Source of the DNA: a bacterium | GTDB lineage: Bacteria; Patescibacteriota; Microgenomatia; UBA8517 | Direction: 5' to 3' | DNA length: 64,000 bases | Assembly (NCBI GenBank): GCA_030583725.1 | Contig: CP129472.1 | Span: forward strand, 334,958 to 398,957 | Notes under the pieces: generated by a model | The model's database searches: none | What the model was told of the DNA's origin: nothing | The model's input: the letters and a program-made list of their open reading frames with translations, nothing else | Position numbers and translations under genes: made by a program | In this document: positions 10,723-19,929 of the stretch, piece by piece | Numbering within the stretch: the stretch's first letter is position 1 | Layout of the letters: the number at the start of each line of letters is the position of its first letter

Positions 10723-10930
10723 GACTACCTCCAGTAGTTGAAATAACAGATTTGAATTACAAAATTTAAAACATTTGTTCGGACCACCTCTAAAATAGAG
10801 ATGTCCTTTAAGAATTTGAAGATTTTAAAGTCCGACCTTTTGGGTCTTGATAAAGAACTAAACAGGTCAACTTTTTAAGTTGTGGAGGTAGTATATCAGG
10901 CAATTTTCCATTTGTCAAGATTATAGGATA

Positions 10931-12109
10931 CTATTTAATGTCAATACGATTGTTCATCAACCTCTTAAGTGCTGGCTCAAGAAACATTCTTATTTTTGCA
11001 ACCGTATATGATTCGTATGGAATTCTCATAAAAGTAAGTCCTTTAGTTTCGTGTGCAGGTCTTGTTACAGGTTTTAACTTCCTAGCTATAAACAATAAGT
11101 CAGTAGCAATAAGTCTTGCATTAAGTTCTTCTTTTTCTTGTTCTGATAACCTGGAATTTTTAACAAATTCAGCTAAAATTAAACGTTTTGATTCATCGGA
11201 CAAACCCTCGCTAGAATGATGCATTAGTAGGCTCGAAATACCTCCAGAAAAATGATCCCACCCTGCATATTCCATATCAATAGGCACTAATATTCTTTTA
11301 TCATCAATAAGTTTAAAATTCATGTTTGGAAAACTCACATCTCCCCAATTAAATCTTAGGTCGGTTATATTAGTTCGCTTGTGTAAAACTATTGGATCTA
11401 TAAACCGAAGTAATTCATTTAATCTAGATTCAAACAAGGGAATTATATTATTGTCTGTACACCACATTTTCGTAGTTATTTTGCCATCATCATCTAACCA
11501 ACGTTTAAATTGCTCAAGTCGAGAAACTGTCTCCTGATAAATTTCATATACTGAATCTTTTGAATATCTACTCCTATTTGCAAATTGTTCTAAATTTGTA
11601 GGAATAGCCTTTAATTCATTTAAACGAATTAAAAAATCAACTAATAACTTCGATTTATTGTCTTCTAAAATCAATGGATAAACTTGATCTAGATTATCTA
11701 TAAACTCAGTAGCTATTAGCCTATCAGCGTTACTCTCTAATATATTTTTTGGTAATAATATACGAGATTCTGCTCCAAAAATTCCAGAATTTTGAAGAAA
11801 ATCTTTACCTAACGATTCCGCTACAAATCCAGATTGACTATTTTCACCGCCAGAAAATAACTTGACAGCAAGAGATTTTTGACCATCTGGACTAAATTTA
11901 AAAACAACATTATTAAAACTATAAATACGGCTGAAATCTTTAGCACCTATTTTTGATATATTTGTACCGTTTTGTTCAGAATATTGCAAAACAAATCTTG
12001 CTACTTTTTCTGCTGAATATTTATGTAAATGAAGATTTTCTTCTAATGATCTAACCAAACCTGATTTTTCATTTTTTGTTTGGATGATATCTTTACCGGA
12101 GTCCGACAT
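10931..12109 (-). CDS. APH/choline-kinase/NahK-like phosphotransferase (possible anomeric sugar kinase)
   Basis: ITDLRFNWGDVSF is a Brenner HxD-like catalytic loop and VPIDMEYAGWDHFSGG is the IDxE..G..D motif of the APH family. The gene lies inside the nucleotide-sugar cluster. Confidence 0.55.
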   Translation of the reverse strand: MSDSGKDIIQTKNEKSGLVRSLEENLHLHKYSAEKVARFVLQYSEQNGTNISKIGAKDFSRIYSFNNVVFKFSPDGQKSLAVKLFSGGENSQSGFVAESLGKDFLQNSGIFGAESRILLPKNILESNADRLIATEFIDNLDQVYPLILEDNKSKLLVDFLIRLNELKAIPTNLEQFANRSRYSKDSVYEIYQETVSRLEQFKRWLDDDGKITTKMWCTDNNIIPLFESRLNELLRFIDPIVLHKRTNITDLRFNWGDVSFPNMNFKLIDDKRILVPIDMEYAGWDHFSGGISSLLMHHSSEGLSDESKRLILAEFVKNSRLSEQEKEELNARLIATDLLFIARKLKPVTRPAHETKGLTFMRIPYESYTVAKIRMFLEPALKRLMNNRIDIK

Positions 12110-12110
12110 T

Positions 12111-12863
12111 TTAATATAATTTCAAGATATTCATTGAGATAAGCCTCAAAACAGAACACAAGAAATATGGATCGTCAACAGTATTTATCATCTCTCCCAA
12201 TTTGTTTATTGGAAAAACCTTAATTCCAAATTCTATTTTCTTGGTAGTAATAGAATCCTTCTCCAATTCTCTAATTTTTTGTGAGTCATTTGCATCTAAT
12301 ACTGCCGCAAACAATGCAGCCTGTTTATTTGTTAGGGTTATATCTGGATTTATTTGTCCTAAATCAATAAATCTCTTTACAATCAACTCATTTAAACCAA
12401 GCTCATTTTTTATTTCTTTTTCTACAATCGCAGGAAAATTTTTGATCGATCCTTGAGAAAATTGAATAAAGTCGCCAATCGTATCATAAACCCATGTACC
12501 TACTGAAAACTTTTTAGTATATTTAAGTACAAAATATTTGATTCCATCTCCGTGTTCCAATAGCAATATACCTCTGTAGCCTGCATTCTTTCCATATTTG
12601 AAACTAGCATACTCATATGTAAAAATTTGATTAGTTTTTTGCGATCTGACCTCAAAGACTGGGGTTATAATAAAGTTTCCCCGAGGAATCCTTAAAATTC
12701 TAAGAATATCAACGCCTTCAAATTCATCTGGTCTCGAAGCTAAGTCCCACAAAAATCCATCAAAATCTTGAGGCAAATTTAGCAGATCACTTTTAACTTC
12801 TTCATCTGTATTTTGAAACCAAACTTTTTCTGATAACTTTTCTATTAATTGAGTCCTATCCAT
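12111..12863 (-). CDS. Nudix-like domain protein, paralog of the C-terminal extension of the rmlB fusion
   Basis: The C-terminus KVFPINKLGEMINTVDDPYFLCSVLRL aligns with VLWPIDKLADLVNKCDDSYFLSALSRL of the 633-aa protein. A KEIKNELGL motif resembles REUXEEXGU. Confidence 0.55.
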   Translation of the reverse strand: MDRTQLIEKLSEKVWFQNTDEEVKSDLLNLPQDFDGFLWDLASRPDEFEGVDILRILRIPRGNFIITPVFEVRSQKTNQIFTYEYASFKYGKNAGYRGILLLEHGDGIKYFVLKYTKKFSVGTWVYDTIGDFIQFSQGSIKNFPAIVEKEIKNELGLNELIVKRFIDLGQINPDITLTNKQAALFAAVLDANDSQKIRELEKDSITTKKIEFGIKVFPINKLGEMINTVDDPYFLCSVLRLISMNILKLY

Positions 12864-12909
12864 ATACTAACTTTAGTCTTTGAAGCTACTTTTTTCAAGA
12901 TAGAAAAAC

Positions 12910-14811
12910 TTACTGGAGTTTGAGGTTTGTGGCACCCGAGAGGTTAAGTCTTGAAAGAGCTGAAAGAAAGTAAGAATCGTCACATTTATTGACAAGGTCT
13001 GCAAGTTTATCAATTGGCCATAAAACTATTCCTTCGTCTTCTTCAAATTTATCTCCACTTTTGACGTCTTTATAAAGCTCATCTGACAAGTCTGCTATAA
13101 CTGCATATAAGTTTGGTTTATTGTTTGTCATACCAGAATCTGGATTAAGTCTCCCTAATGAAATTATTTGGTCTAGTGTTACATCTTTTTTAGCTACATC
13201 CAAGTTTAAATCTTTCTTCAACGACCTAACTATGAAATCAAGTACAGATTCATTTAGTTGTGGGAATCCACCTGCAAGTGAATATTCAACTGCTCCTGTA
13301 GCAAACTTCTTTTCTCGCTGTGTTGCTAAGTGGGTTATTTTTCCATTTCTTTTAATTAAAATTAAAAGTTTCGCGCCTGATTTTGGTCCCCAACCCCACG
13401 AATAGTAACCCTCCATTCTCTTTTTACCTTTTTTATCATCAACTTCAAACCATGAACCTATACCATATATACCAAATTCTGGATTAGCATGTTCTATCTT
13501 AGATAATTTTTGAATTACATCACCGTTTAAACGGTCCTCCCTACCTGCTAAGTCCTCAACGTAACCAAATGTAGATGGATTTATACCCAAAGTTTTAATT
13601 TCATCCTTTATAGCTTCAGAACTATTTTGATACCATTTTTTGCTTTCTAAATTTTTAATAACAATTTCATATCTAACTAAATTTTGTTCTACAAAGTGTT
13701 CATCAGTATCTACCTTCTCTGGCACCTTACCATTATCTTCAACCTGACCAAAAACAAACTTTGTTTTCCCAGAATCTCTATCAAGTGATATGTAAGCAGA
13801 GATTGACTTGGACCTATCCATTATCATTGCCTTCCTTTTAAGAAGTGGTCTCCACCAATCCTGATTATCTTTATACCACTTTATGGTTTCTTTAAGTCCT
13901 TCATTAAAATTATCTCTTGTGATTTCAGGTTTCCAACCCAGCTCCTCAATAATCTTTGTCGCATCAATAGCATATCTTCTATCATTACTGTGTCTGTCTG
14001 AAACATGCCTAATCATGTTTTGATTTGCACCATACAAATCTACAACTTTCTCTGCTATATAACCATTACTCCTATCATTATTCGATCCAATTAAATAAGT
14101 TTCGCCTGACCTACCCTTCTTTAGGATTAGATCAACTGCAGATGAGTGATCTTTGGTGTGTATCCAATCACGAACATTTCTTCCATCACCATGGAGTGGA
14201 ACTTTTATATTATCTATTAAATTAGTAACTACTATTGGGATAAACTTTTCAGGGAACTGGTATGGGCCGTAGTTGTTTGAACAGTTGGAAATTGTTATAT
14301 ACATTCCTGTCTTTTGATAAAAATCTAAAACTATTTTATCTGCCTCTGCTTTTGATAAGGCGTATAAGTTATCAGGTCTTGGTGAATAAGGAGTTTTTTC
14401 TGTAAATCTGGCGTCAGAATCCAGTGGAAGTTCACCATACACTTCATCAGTTGAAATATGGTGAAACCTGGTAATTCCAGCTTTGTTAGCCTCCTCAAGG
14501 AGGGTAAGCGTACCATGCACATTAGTTTGCCAATAAGTAGACGGGTCAAAAATTGCCCTATCAACATGACTTTCTGCAGCAAAATGAACAACAGCGTCCA
14601 CACCTTTTAAACTCTGAGAAACACTTTTGCGATCATTAATGTCTGCTTCTGCAAACTCTATATTCTTAATTACAGGAGTTAAGTTTTCAATATTACCTGC
14701 ATAAGTTAAAGAATCTATAACTTTTATTTTGTCTTTTGGATATTTTTTAACCCAATAATGCACAAAGTTTGATCCAATAAACCCCGCTCCACCTGTTACT
14801 AATATTTTCAT
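12910..14811 (-). CDS. rfbB: dTDP-glucose 4,6-dehydratase (RmlB) fused to a ~300-aa C-terminal Nudix-like domain
   Basis: The N-terminal 330 aa are canonical RmlB (MKILVTGGAGFIGSN, YxxxK region). The C-terminal extension contains GFPQLNESVLDFIVRSLKKDL, a degenerate Nudix box. Confidence 0.85.
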   Translation of the reverse strand: MKILVTGGAGFIGSNFVHYWVKKYPKDKIKVIDSLTYAGNIENLTPVIKNIEFAEADINDRKSVSQSLKGVDAVVHFAAESHVDRAIFDPSTYWQTNVHGTLTLLEEANKAGITRFHHISTDEVYGELPLDSDARFTEKTPYSPRPDNLYALSKAEADKIVLDFYQKTGMYITISNCSNNYGPYQFPEKFIPIVVTNLIDNIKVPLHGDGRNVRDWIHTKDHSSAVDLILKKGRSGETYLIGSNNDRSNGYIAEKVVDLYGANQNMIRHVSDRHSNDRRYAIDATKIIEELGWKPEITRDNFNEGLKETIKWYKDNQDWWRPLLKRKAMIMDRSKSISAYISLDRDSGKTKFVFGQVEDNGKVPEKVDTDEHFVEQNLVRYEIVIKNLESKKWYQNSSEAIKDEIKTLGINPSTFGYVEDLAGREDRLNGDVIQKLSKIEHANPEFGIYGIGSWFEVDDKKGKKRMEGYYSWGWGPKSGAKLLILIKRNGKITHLATQREKKFATGAVEYSLAGGFPQLNESVLDFIVRSLKKDLNLDVAKKDVTLDQIISLGRLNPDSGMTNNKPNLYAVIADLSDELYKDVKSGDKFEEDEGIVLWPIDKLADLVNKCDDSYFLSALSRLNLSGATNLKLQ

Positions 14812-14816
14812 AATTT

Positions 14817-15707
14817 TTAAATCTCTAAACTCTTGAGGTAATCTCTAAATTTACCATTTAAATCTTTGTGTTTTAGTGCAAATTCAACAACTGTTTTTAA
14901 GTATTCTAATTTATTGCCAGTGTCATAATATTTACTATTCTTAATTTCTTTTACATATACATCTATATTATCCTTCAACATCAGTTTAATAGGATCATTG
15001 TAGTAAAGCTCATCACCTTCCTTTAAATTATCTTTTGCAATTTCTAAATATTTAAAAATCTCTGGGGTAAACAAGAAGCCTGAAACATTTGCAATATCTG
15101 AAGGAGAATTTTCTCTTCCAGGTTTTTCTATAATAGTGTTTACTTTGATTAAACCATCCTCAACTGTTTCTCCACCCGCAAAGCCATATCTGTCATAATC
15201 TTCATCCTTCGTAGCTTTAATTCCAGCTAGAACACTTCCACCATATTTTTCGTAAATTGAAATTAACTGTTTAAACCTGTTTGGTTCAGCCACGATAAAA
15301 TCATCGCTCCATGTATAAATAAATGGTTCATCTCCAATTAAATGTTTGACATTTAATAGTGGTGTCCCATTTCCATATGGTCCCTTTTGCCTTATGTAGA
15401 CAAAGTTTGCCATATTTGATATTTTTTCCACTTCCTCTAGTAGATGCTTCTTTTTCTCCCCTCCCATTTTTAAGTTTTCAATCAAGTCTAGGTTTGGAGC
15501 ATCAAAATGGTCTTCAATTCCTCGCTTGTGGTAACCAGTTACTATAAAAATGTCTTGTATCCCAGCTTCAACTAATTCTTCCACCACATACTGAATGACA
15601 GGTTTATCCACAATAGGAAGCATCTCTTTAGGCATTGCCTTAGTTTGGGGTAGAAATCTTGTTCCAAAACCAGCTGCTGGAATTACTGCTTTTGTTACTT
15701 TTTTCAT
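14817..15707 (-). CDS. galU: UTP--glucose-1-phosphate uridylyltransferase (GalU family)
   Basis: VIPAAGFGTRFLPQTKAMPKEMLPIVDKPVIQYVVEE is the GalU signature; length 296 aa. Confidence 0.85.
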   Translation of the reverse strand: MKKVTKAVIPAAGFGTRFLPQTKAMPKEMLPIVDKPVIQYVVEELVEAGIQDIFIVTGYHKRGIEDHFDAPNLDLIENLKMGGEKKKHLLEEVEKISNMANFVYIRQKGPYGNGTPLLNVKHLIGDEPFIYTWSDDFIVAEPNRFKQLISIYEKYGGSVLAGIKATKDEDYDRYGFAGGETVEDGLIKVNTIIEKPGRENSPSDIANVSGFLFTPEIFKYLEIAKDNLKEGDELYYNDPIKLMLKDNIDVYVKEIKNSKYYDTGNKLEYLKTVVEFALKHKDLNGKFRDYLKSLEI

Positions 15708-15738
15708 ATACTTAAGTGTGAAAAGAATTATACTAGGA

Positions 15739-15999
15739 CTAAGTTCTAAAAATCAAGGTAAAGACCATAACTAGACCCAATATAGCCACGGAAAAGTACT
15801 CTAAAACTATAGACAAACATATATCTTTGTGGAGTGTATGGTGTATTATTCCCCAAGACACATAAGCTGAGGCCATTGCAACAGCCACCCCAATTTGAAA
15901 AAATCTGTCAAAAGAAAAAACATAGAAGCCAACAATTCCTGCAATAAAAATGGTAATTAGAGAAAAATAGTGTGGTAGATGTTTTAAATGTTTTTGCAT
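15739..15999 (-). CDS. small membrane protein (2-3 TM)
   Basis: An 86-codon ORF with hydrophobic helices. Confidence 0.35.
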   Translation of the reverse strand: MQKHLKHLPHYFSLITIFIAGIVGFYVFSFDRFFQIGVAVAMASAYVSWGIIHHTLHKDICLSIVLEYFSVAILGLVMVFTLIFRT

Positions 16000-16020
16000 T
16001 TCTTTAAATAATATATATTT

Positions 16021-16962
16021 TTATAATATCTGACCTGATTTAAGTATTATAATAATTGACAAAACCATACCTAAAAAGGCAATGTGGGCAAATGTTCTAC
16101 CAGTTAGTCTTGTTATCCTTCTTTTTGAAACTAAAATTGCATCAACCATAAAAACTAGAAGTAGTAACCCAACCACAATTAAGGATGCGTTTCTTGTTGT
16201 GGTAAACGGCGAAACTAAAACTTGCTGATCTGGGTTTGGAGTTACAATAACTGCAGGAATAGTTTCAATTTCAGGAACAGTAATTGAAGTAGGTGTTGCT
16301 TCTACTATTGGGGTAGAAGTAGGAACTGTGGTAGTAACAGTATTGGGTAAGCTAGTAACCTCCGTACTTACAGCCTGAGCAATTGGCTCTCTAACCTGGT
16401 CTGCGTAGGTTGCACCAAAAAACTGAACTATTATTGTAGTATCAGATCCTGCCAAGTCACCCTCAACTACCCCGACACCTATATCTTTATATTTTGGGTT
16501 TAAAATATTATCCCTATGCGTTGGAGAATTCATCCAAGCTTCAACTGCAGAATTTGCATTAGAAAAATCCCTGGCCAAGTTTTCCCCCGCATATCTGTAT
16601 TTATAGCCAGCATTATTAAAAAAGACCCAAGGCTGTGTACCATCTGGGGCAGTATGTGCCCAATAATCTTTATTTATCATGTCGACACCCTTAACATAGG
16701 CAGCATTTGATAATGTTTGATTTAAACTTAAAGCAGGTAGCCCTGCTTGGGCTCTTTTTTGATTTGTTAGATTAACAACGTCTTGAATAGAAATATTTGA
16801 TGCATATCCTAAAATACTGGGGTTAATCTTAGGAATATAGTTAAGAACAGCCTGAAATATAATCATCAAACAGGCAATAACTATCAGACTTGATGAATGC
16901 AAAATCTTGGCTTTGTGGTTATTGGTGTCTCGAGGCACTAACAAATGAATTAACTTCTCCAT
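16021..16962 (-). CDS. CAP/SCP/YkwD-like extracellular domain protein, membrane anchored
   Basis: An N-terminal TM helix, then a CAP-domain pattern (NQKRAQAGLPAL...YWAHTAPDG...GENLA...AWMNSPTHRDNIL), a Thr/Pro-rich linker and a C-terminal TM helix. Confidence 0.75.
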   Translation of the reverse strand: MEKLIHLLVPRDTNNHKAKILHSSSLIVIACLMIIFQAVLNYIPKINPSILGYASNISIQDVVNLTNQKRAQAGLPALSLNQTLSNAAYVKGVDMINKDYWAHTAPDGTQPWVFFNNAGYKYRYAGENLARDFSNANSAVEAWMNSPTHRDNILNPKYKDIGVGVVEGDLAGSDTTIIVQFFGATYADQVREPIAQAVSTEVTSLPNTVTTTVPTSTPIVEATPTSITVPEIETIPAVIVTPNPDQQVLVSPFTTTRNASLIVVGLLLLVFMVDAILVSKRRITRLTGRTFAHIAFLGMVLSIIIILKSGQIL

Positions 16963-16989
16963 AATTCATCATAACATACCTAGTAACTA

Positions 16990-18987
16990 TCAAGTAAGAT
17001 TGGTTCTAATGCGACGTATATACTTAAAAATCAACTTTCTTTTTTGTATTATTTTTAAAGTTAAGTATAAAAACAATAAACCCACAAAAATATAGATCAT
17101 TTTCATAATCATTGAATTTCCACTAGCTTCCGTCGATTCTCCAAAAACTTGAGGGTCACCAGATTCATCATCTTCATAAGCTAATAAAACAGGTGTTGTA
17201 TTGAAAAATGCCGTATTATAGCCGGAAATTATAAAGCTTGATTCAGATTCTGCTGATATTTCATCCTCTCCTGGTCCAACTACTCCATAGCCTGTAACTT
17301 TAGCAACATATAACCCTGGCACTGCCCTTCTGGACATTACAAGACCTGTTGATAGTCTAACAGTCTTTTGTGCATCGATATCTCCAAGATCAAAATGACT
17401 TCCACCATAATTTATTCCATCTCTATATAGCTCAATTTTAAGTTTTGCACCATAAACTTTTCCATAACCTACATTTTTGATTCTGGCTTGAAAAGTAATC
17501 GTATCACCCGGAAATACATATGCCCCTACATTATTAGTATGAGTTACTTCCAAAACCCCTCCGCTTTCTTTTTCTGATTGTTTGGTTTCTTCCTCAGTAG
17601 TTGGTTGGGGAGAAACATCAGGCGAAACTTCTTCAAACATGCTTGTCCCCCCAACATCGCCTACTAATGTCCCAAAAATATTGATAAATCCTATAAACCC
17701 TTGGGAATTAATTATGTTTGTGTTTACAAGGTTTACAAGCGATATACTGTTATATGCATTGCCTGTTTTTATATCTCCGTCTTCACTGTTTACAATCTGG
17801 TTATTTCCGGTATTTGAATTTGAACTGATATTATTATTAACAATTGCAGTATTTGTACCCGTCATGGCATTTGAACTACAATAAACACACCCACCACCTT
17901 GTAAAATTAAACCATTTTGGCCAGAATCAATTGCTAAGTTATTATCAGTTTGGGCGGGTTCATCCATCCAGCCTAAGAAATCTCCTATCCAAACTCCTAG
18001 TGTATTAATATATAAATACCTAAAAACGGTATCGACTATGTTGGTATTTACTATGTTTACGACATTTACAACACTTTGAGAGTCACCTGTTTCAATACTT
18101 GATAAACCATTACCGATAGTTGAGTTTTCACCAGTATTTGAGCTAGATGATATGTTGTTATTAACAGACGCATCACTGGATAGATCAATATTAGAACTAC
18201 AGCTCACACAAGAACCAGAATCTTTATATTCAGGAAGTATTATATTTCCTGTTAAGTTGCCAAAAATATTTATAGTCACCAAATGAACTTTTGAATCAAC
18301 TACGTTTGTATTTACATTATTAAGTACAGAAACGACAGAATATGCATCCCCTGTTTGAATATTTGAACTCAACCCATTTTCAACAGTGTTACCACCAGTA
18401 TTTGAGCTTGAAGAAATATTATTTTCAACATATGCATAATTTTCAATATATGAAAAATTATTAGAATCAGTTACTTTGACAGATATATTTTCGGATAAGT
18501 TATTGTCAACTCCATATACTTTGTTGATGACATTAGAAGTTAAACTTGATAGATTAATATTGCCTGATTCTGGAAGATATATATTTAAAGTGTGGTATAC
18601 AAACTCTGAATTTATAATATTTGTATTGACATTATTTTCAACCTCAACAACTGATACAGCATCTGAGGTAACTATTTCAGAAACAGGTGTTGGAGATGGT
18701 TCGCTACTTGGACTTGGAGATTCATCAATATTGTAAATAACAACTACGTGACTTGGTTCTGGAGTTGGGGACGCTAAGACTTCAATTGTATTTTCGCCTG
18801 TATTTGATGTGTCTGTTATATCATTAATAACTTCTGCAGTGTTTTCAATCTCAATCTCAGAAGTTACTGTAGCCTCAGGTGTGGGACTTTCTAAATCTTC
18901 TTGGGCATATATCAAAACAGGAAAGATATTTGTAAAACACAACAACAATACAACTACTATATTTATTACTCTTTTTATTTTTTTCAT
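16990..18987 (-). CDS. large secreted/cell-surface repeat protein with C-terminal TM anchor
   Basis: A signal peptide followed by about four ~85-aa tandem repeats of the form NNISSSSNTGxN...TGDA...V.VxNxVNTNIVDS, then a C-terminal TM helix and basic tail. Confidence 0.65.
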   Translation of the reverse strand: MKKIKRVINIVVVLLLCFTNIFPVLIYAQEDLESPTPEATVTSEIEIENTAEVINDITDTSNTGENTIEVLASPTPEPSHVVVIYNIDESPSPSSEPSPTPVSEIVTSDAVSVVEVENNVNTNIINSEFVYHTLNIYLPESGNINLSSLTSNVINKVYGVDNNLSENISVKVTDSNNFSYIENYAYVENNISSSSNTGGNTVENGLSSNIQTGDAYSVVSVLNNVNTNVVDSKVHLVTINIFGNLTGNIILPEYKDSGSCVSCSSNIDLSSDASVNNNISSSSNTGENSTIGNGLSSIETGDSQSVVNVVNIVNTNIVDTVFRYLYINTLGVWIGDFLGWMDEPAQTDNNLAIDSGQNGLILQGGGCVYCSSNAMTGTNTAIVNNNISSNSNTGNNQIVNSEDGDIKTGNAYNSISLVNLVNTNIINSQGFIGFINIFGTLVGDVGGTSMFEEVSPDVSPQPTTEEETKQSEKESGGVLEVTHTNNVGAYVFPGDTITFQARIKNVGYGKVYGAKLKIELYRDGINYGGSHFDLGDIDAQKTVRLSTGLVMSRRAVPGLYVAKVTGYGVVGPGEDEISAESESSFIISGYNTAFFNTTPVLLAYEDDESGDPQVFGESTEASGNSMIMKMIYIFVGLLFLYLTLKIIQKRKLIFKYIRRIRTNLT

Positions 18988-19067
18988 CCTAGTATTATTT
19001 ACTACGCACCTCCTCAGGTGGGAGATGATTTTAAATCTCCCACCCGAAAAGTAAGTGATTTAATTAC

Positions 19068-19493
19068 TTAATCACCTGTAACAGTTGTATTAACTGTGCT
19101 TTCGATAACAGATGTTGCTATTGCATCACCTGTACCTATCATGCCTCGTCTGACATACTTTCCACTGATAGAATTATCACCGGAATCTGCCTTGACTTCG
19201 ACATTGTTTCTAACCCTAGCCATATTTTTAACGGATAAATCTCCGTCACAACCACAGCCTAAATCGTTTGTATTAACTACATTGACTAAAGTGCTCATGG
19301 CATCTGCTATGCCAGTTAAAATTCTGCCTCCGCCTACATACTTTCCACTGATAGAATTATCACCGGAATCTGCCTTGACTTCGACATTGTTAGTAACTCT
19401 TCCATAATTTCTTACAGAAGTGTCATCAGAGCTTCTTCTATGATATGCCATTACAGGAACGACAAACATCATAACCAAAGCGCCTGAAATCAT
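19068..19493 (-). CDS. small secreted repeat protein from the same repeat family as the 665-aa surface protein
   Basis: Starts MISGALVMMFVVPVMA (a signal/TM helix) and has two copies of RV(T/R)NNVEVKADSGDNSISGKYV...TGDA...VNTN. I trimmed the ORF-track start because the upstream 38 codons are antisense to the ftsX repeat copy. Confidence 0.5.
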   Translation of the reverse strand: MISGALVMMFVVPVMAYHRRSSDDTSVRNYGRVTNNVEVKADSGDNSISGKYVGGGRILTGIADAMSTLVNVVNTNDLGCGCDGDLSVKNMARVRNNVEVKADSGDNSISGKYVRRGMIGTGDAIATSVIESTVNTTVTGD

Positions 19494-19497
19494 TAAA

Positions 19498-19890
19498 CTT
19501 AAAGCTTTTAGTTCATACTTGCGAATAGGCGGAATTGTTTTTGTAGGAGCTCTGGCTGTAACTTCATTCTTTGTACTTTTGGTGATTGTCAGTATGAGAA
19601 TGACCACGAGAAAAGGAGAAATTGAAATATTAAGTCTTATTGGTGCAACTCCAGCTTTTGTCAGAAGTCCAATTGTTATTGAGGGTTTAATATATGCAAC
19701 AGTGGGTGTAGTAACAGGTTGGGCATTATCACTAATTCTTTGGCTTTATGTCTCAGCTCCGATACTTAACTATTTTGGACAAGTTCCAATTTTACCAAGA
19801 GATCCTTTTTACTTCTTTATGCTTTTCTTAATAATTTTAGGTATCGAGTTGATGGTTGGGTTAGTAATTGCACTAACCGGAAGTTTAATA
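19498..19890 (+). pseudogene. 3' fragment of ftsX (codes for the last ~131 aa of FtsX minus the final 9), one arm of a ~393-bp perfect inverted repeat
   Basis: The translation of ORF 19519..19917 is identical to FtsX residues LRIGGIVFVGALAV...LTGSL. The nucleotide sequence 19498-19890 is the exact reverse complement of 23322-23714. Confidence 0.8.
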
Positions 19891-19929
19891 TTCGCTTTTT
19901 TATTTGTCAATAGTTAAATACTATGAGAA

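Noticed and set aside
19096-19407. The plus-strand 103-aa ORF antisense to the small repeat-protein gene, and similar antisense ORFs such as 21425..21715 (a GVGLGV repeat opposite the Pro/Thr linker), 17582..17884, 18476..18736, 3818..4081, 26968..27237 and 32828..33226.
   Set aside because: They are entirely embedded in better-supported genes on the opposite strand, and their composition is the mirror image of repeats or linkers, so they are spurious.
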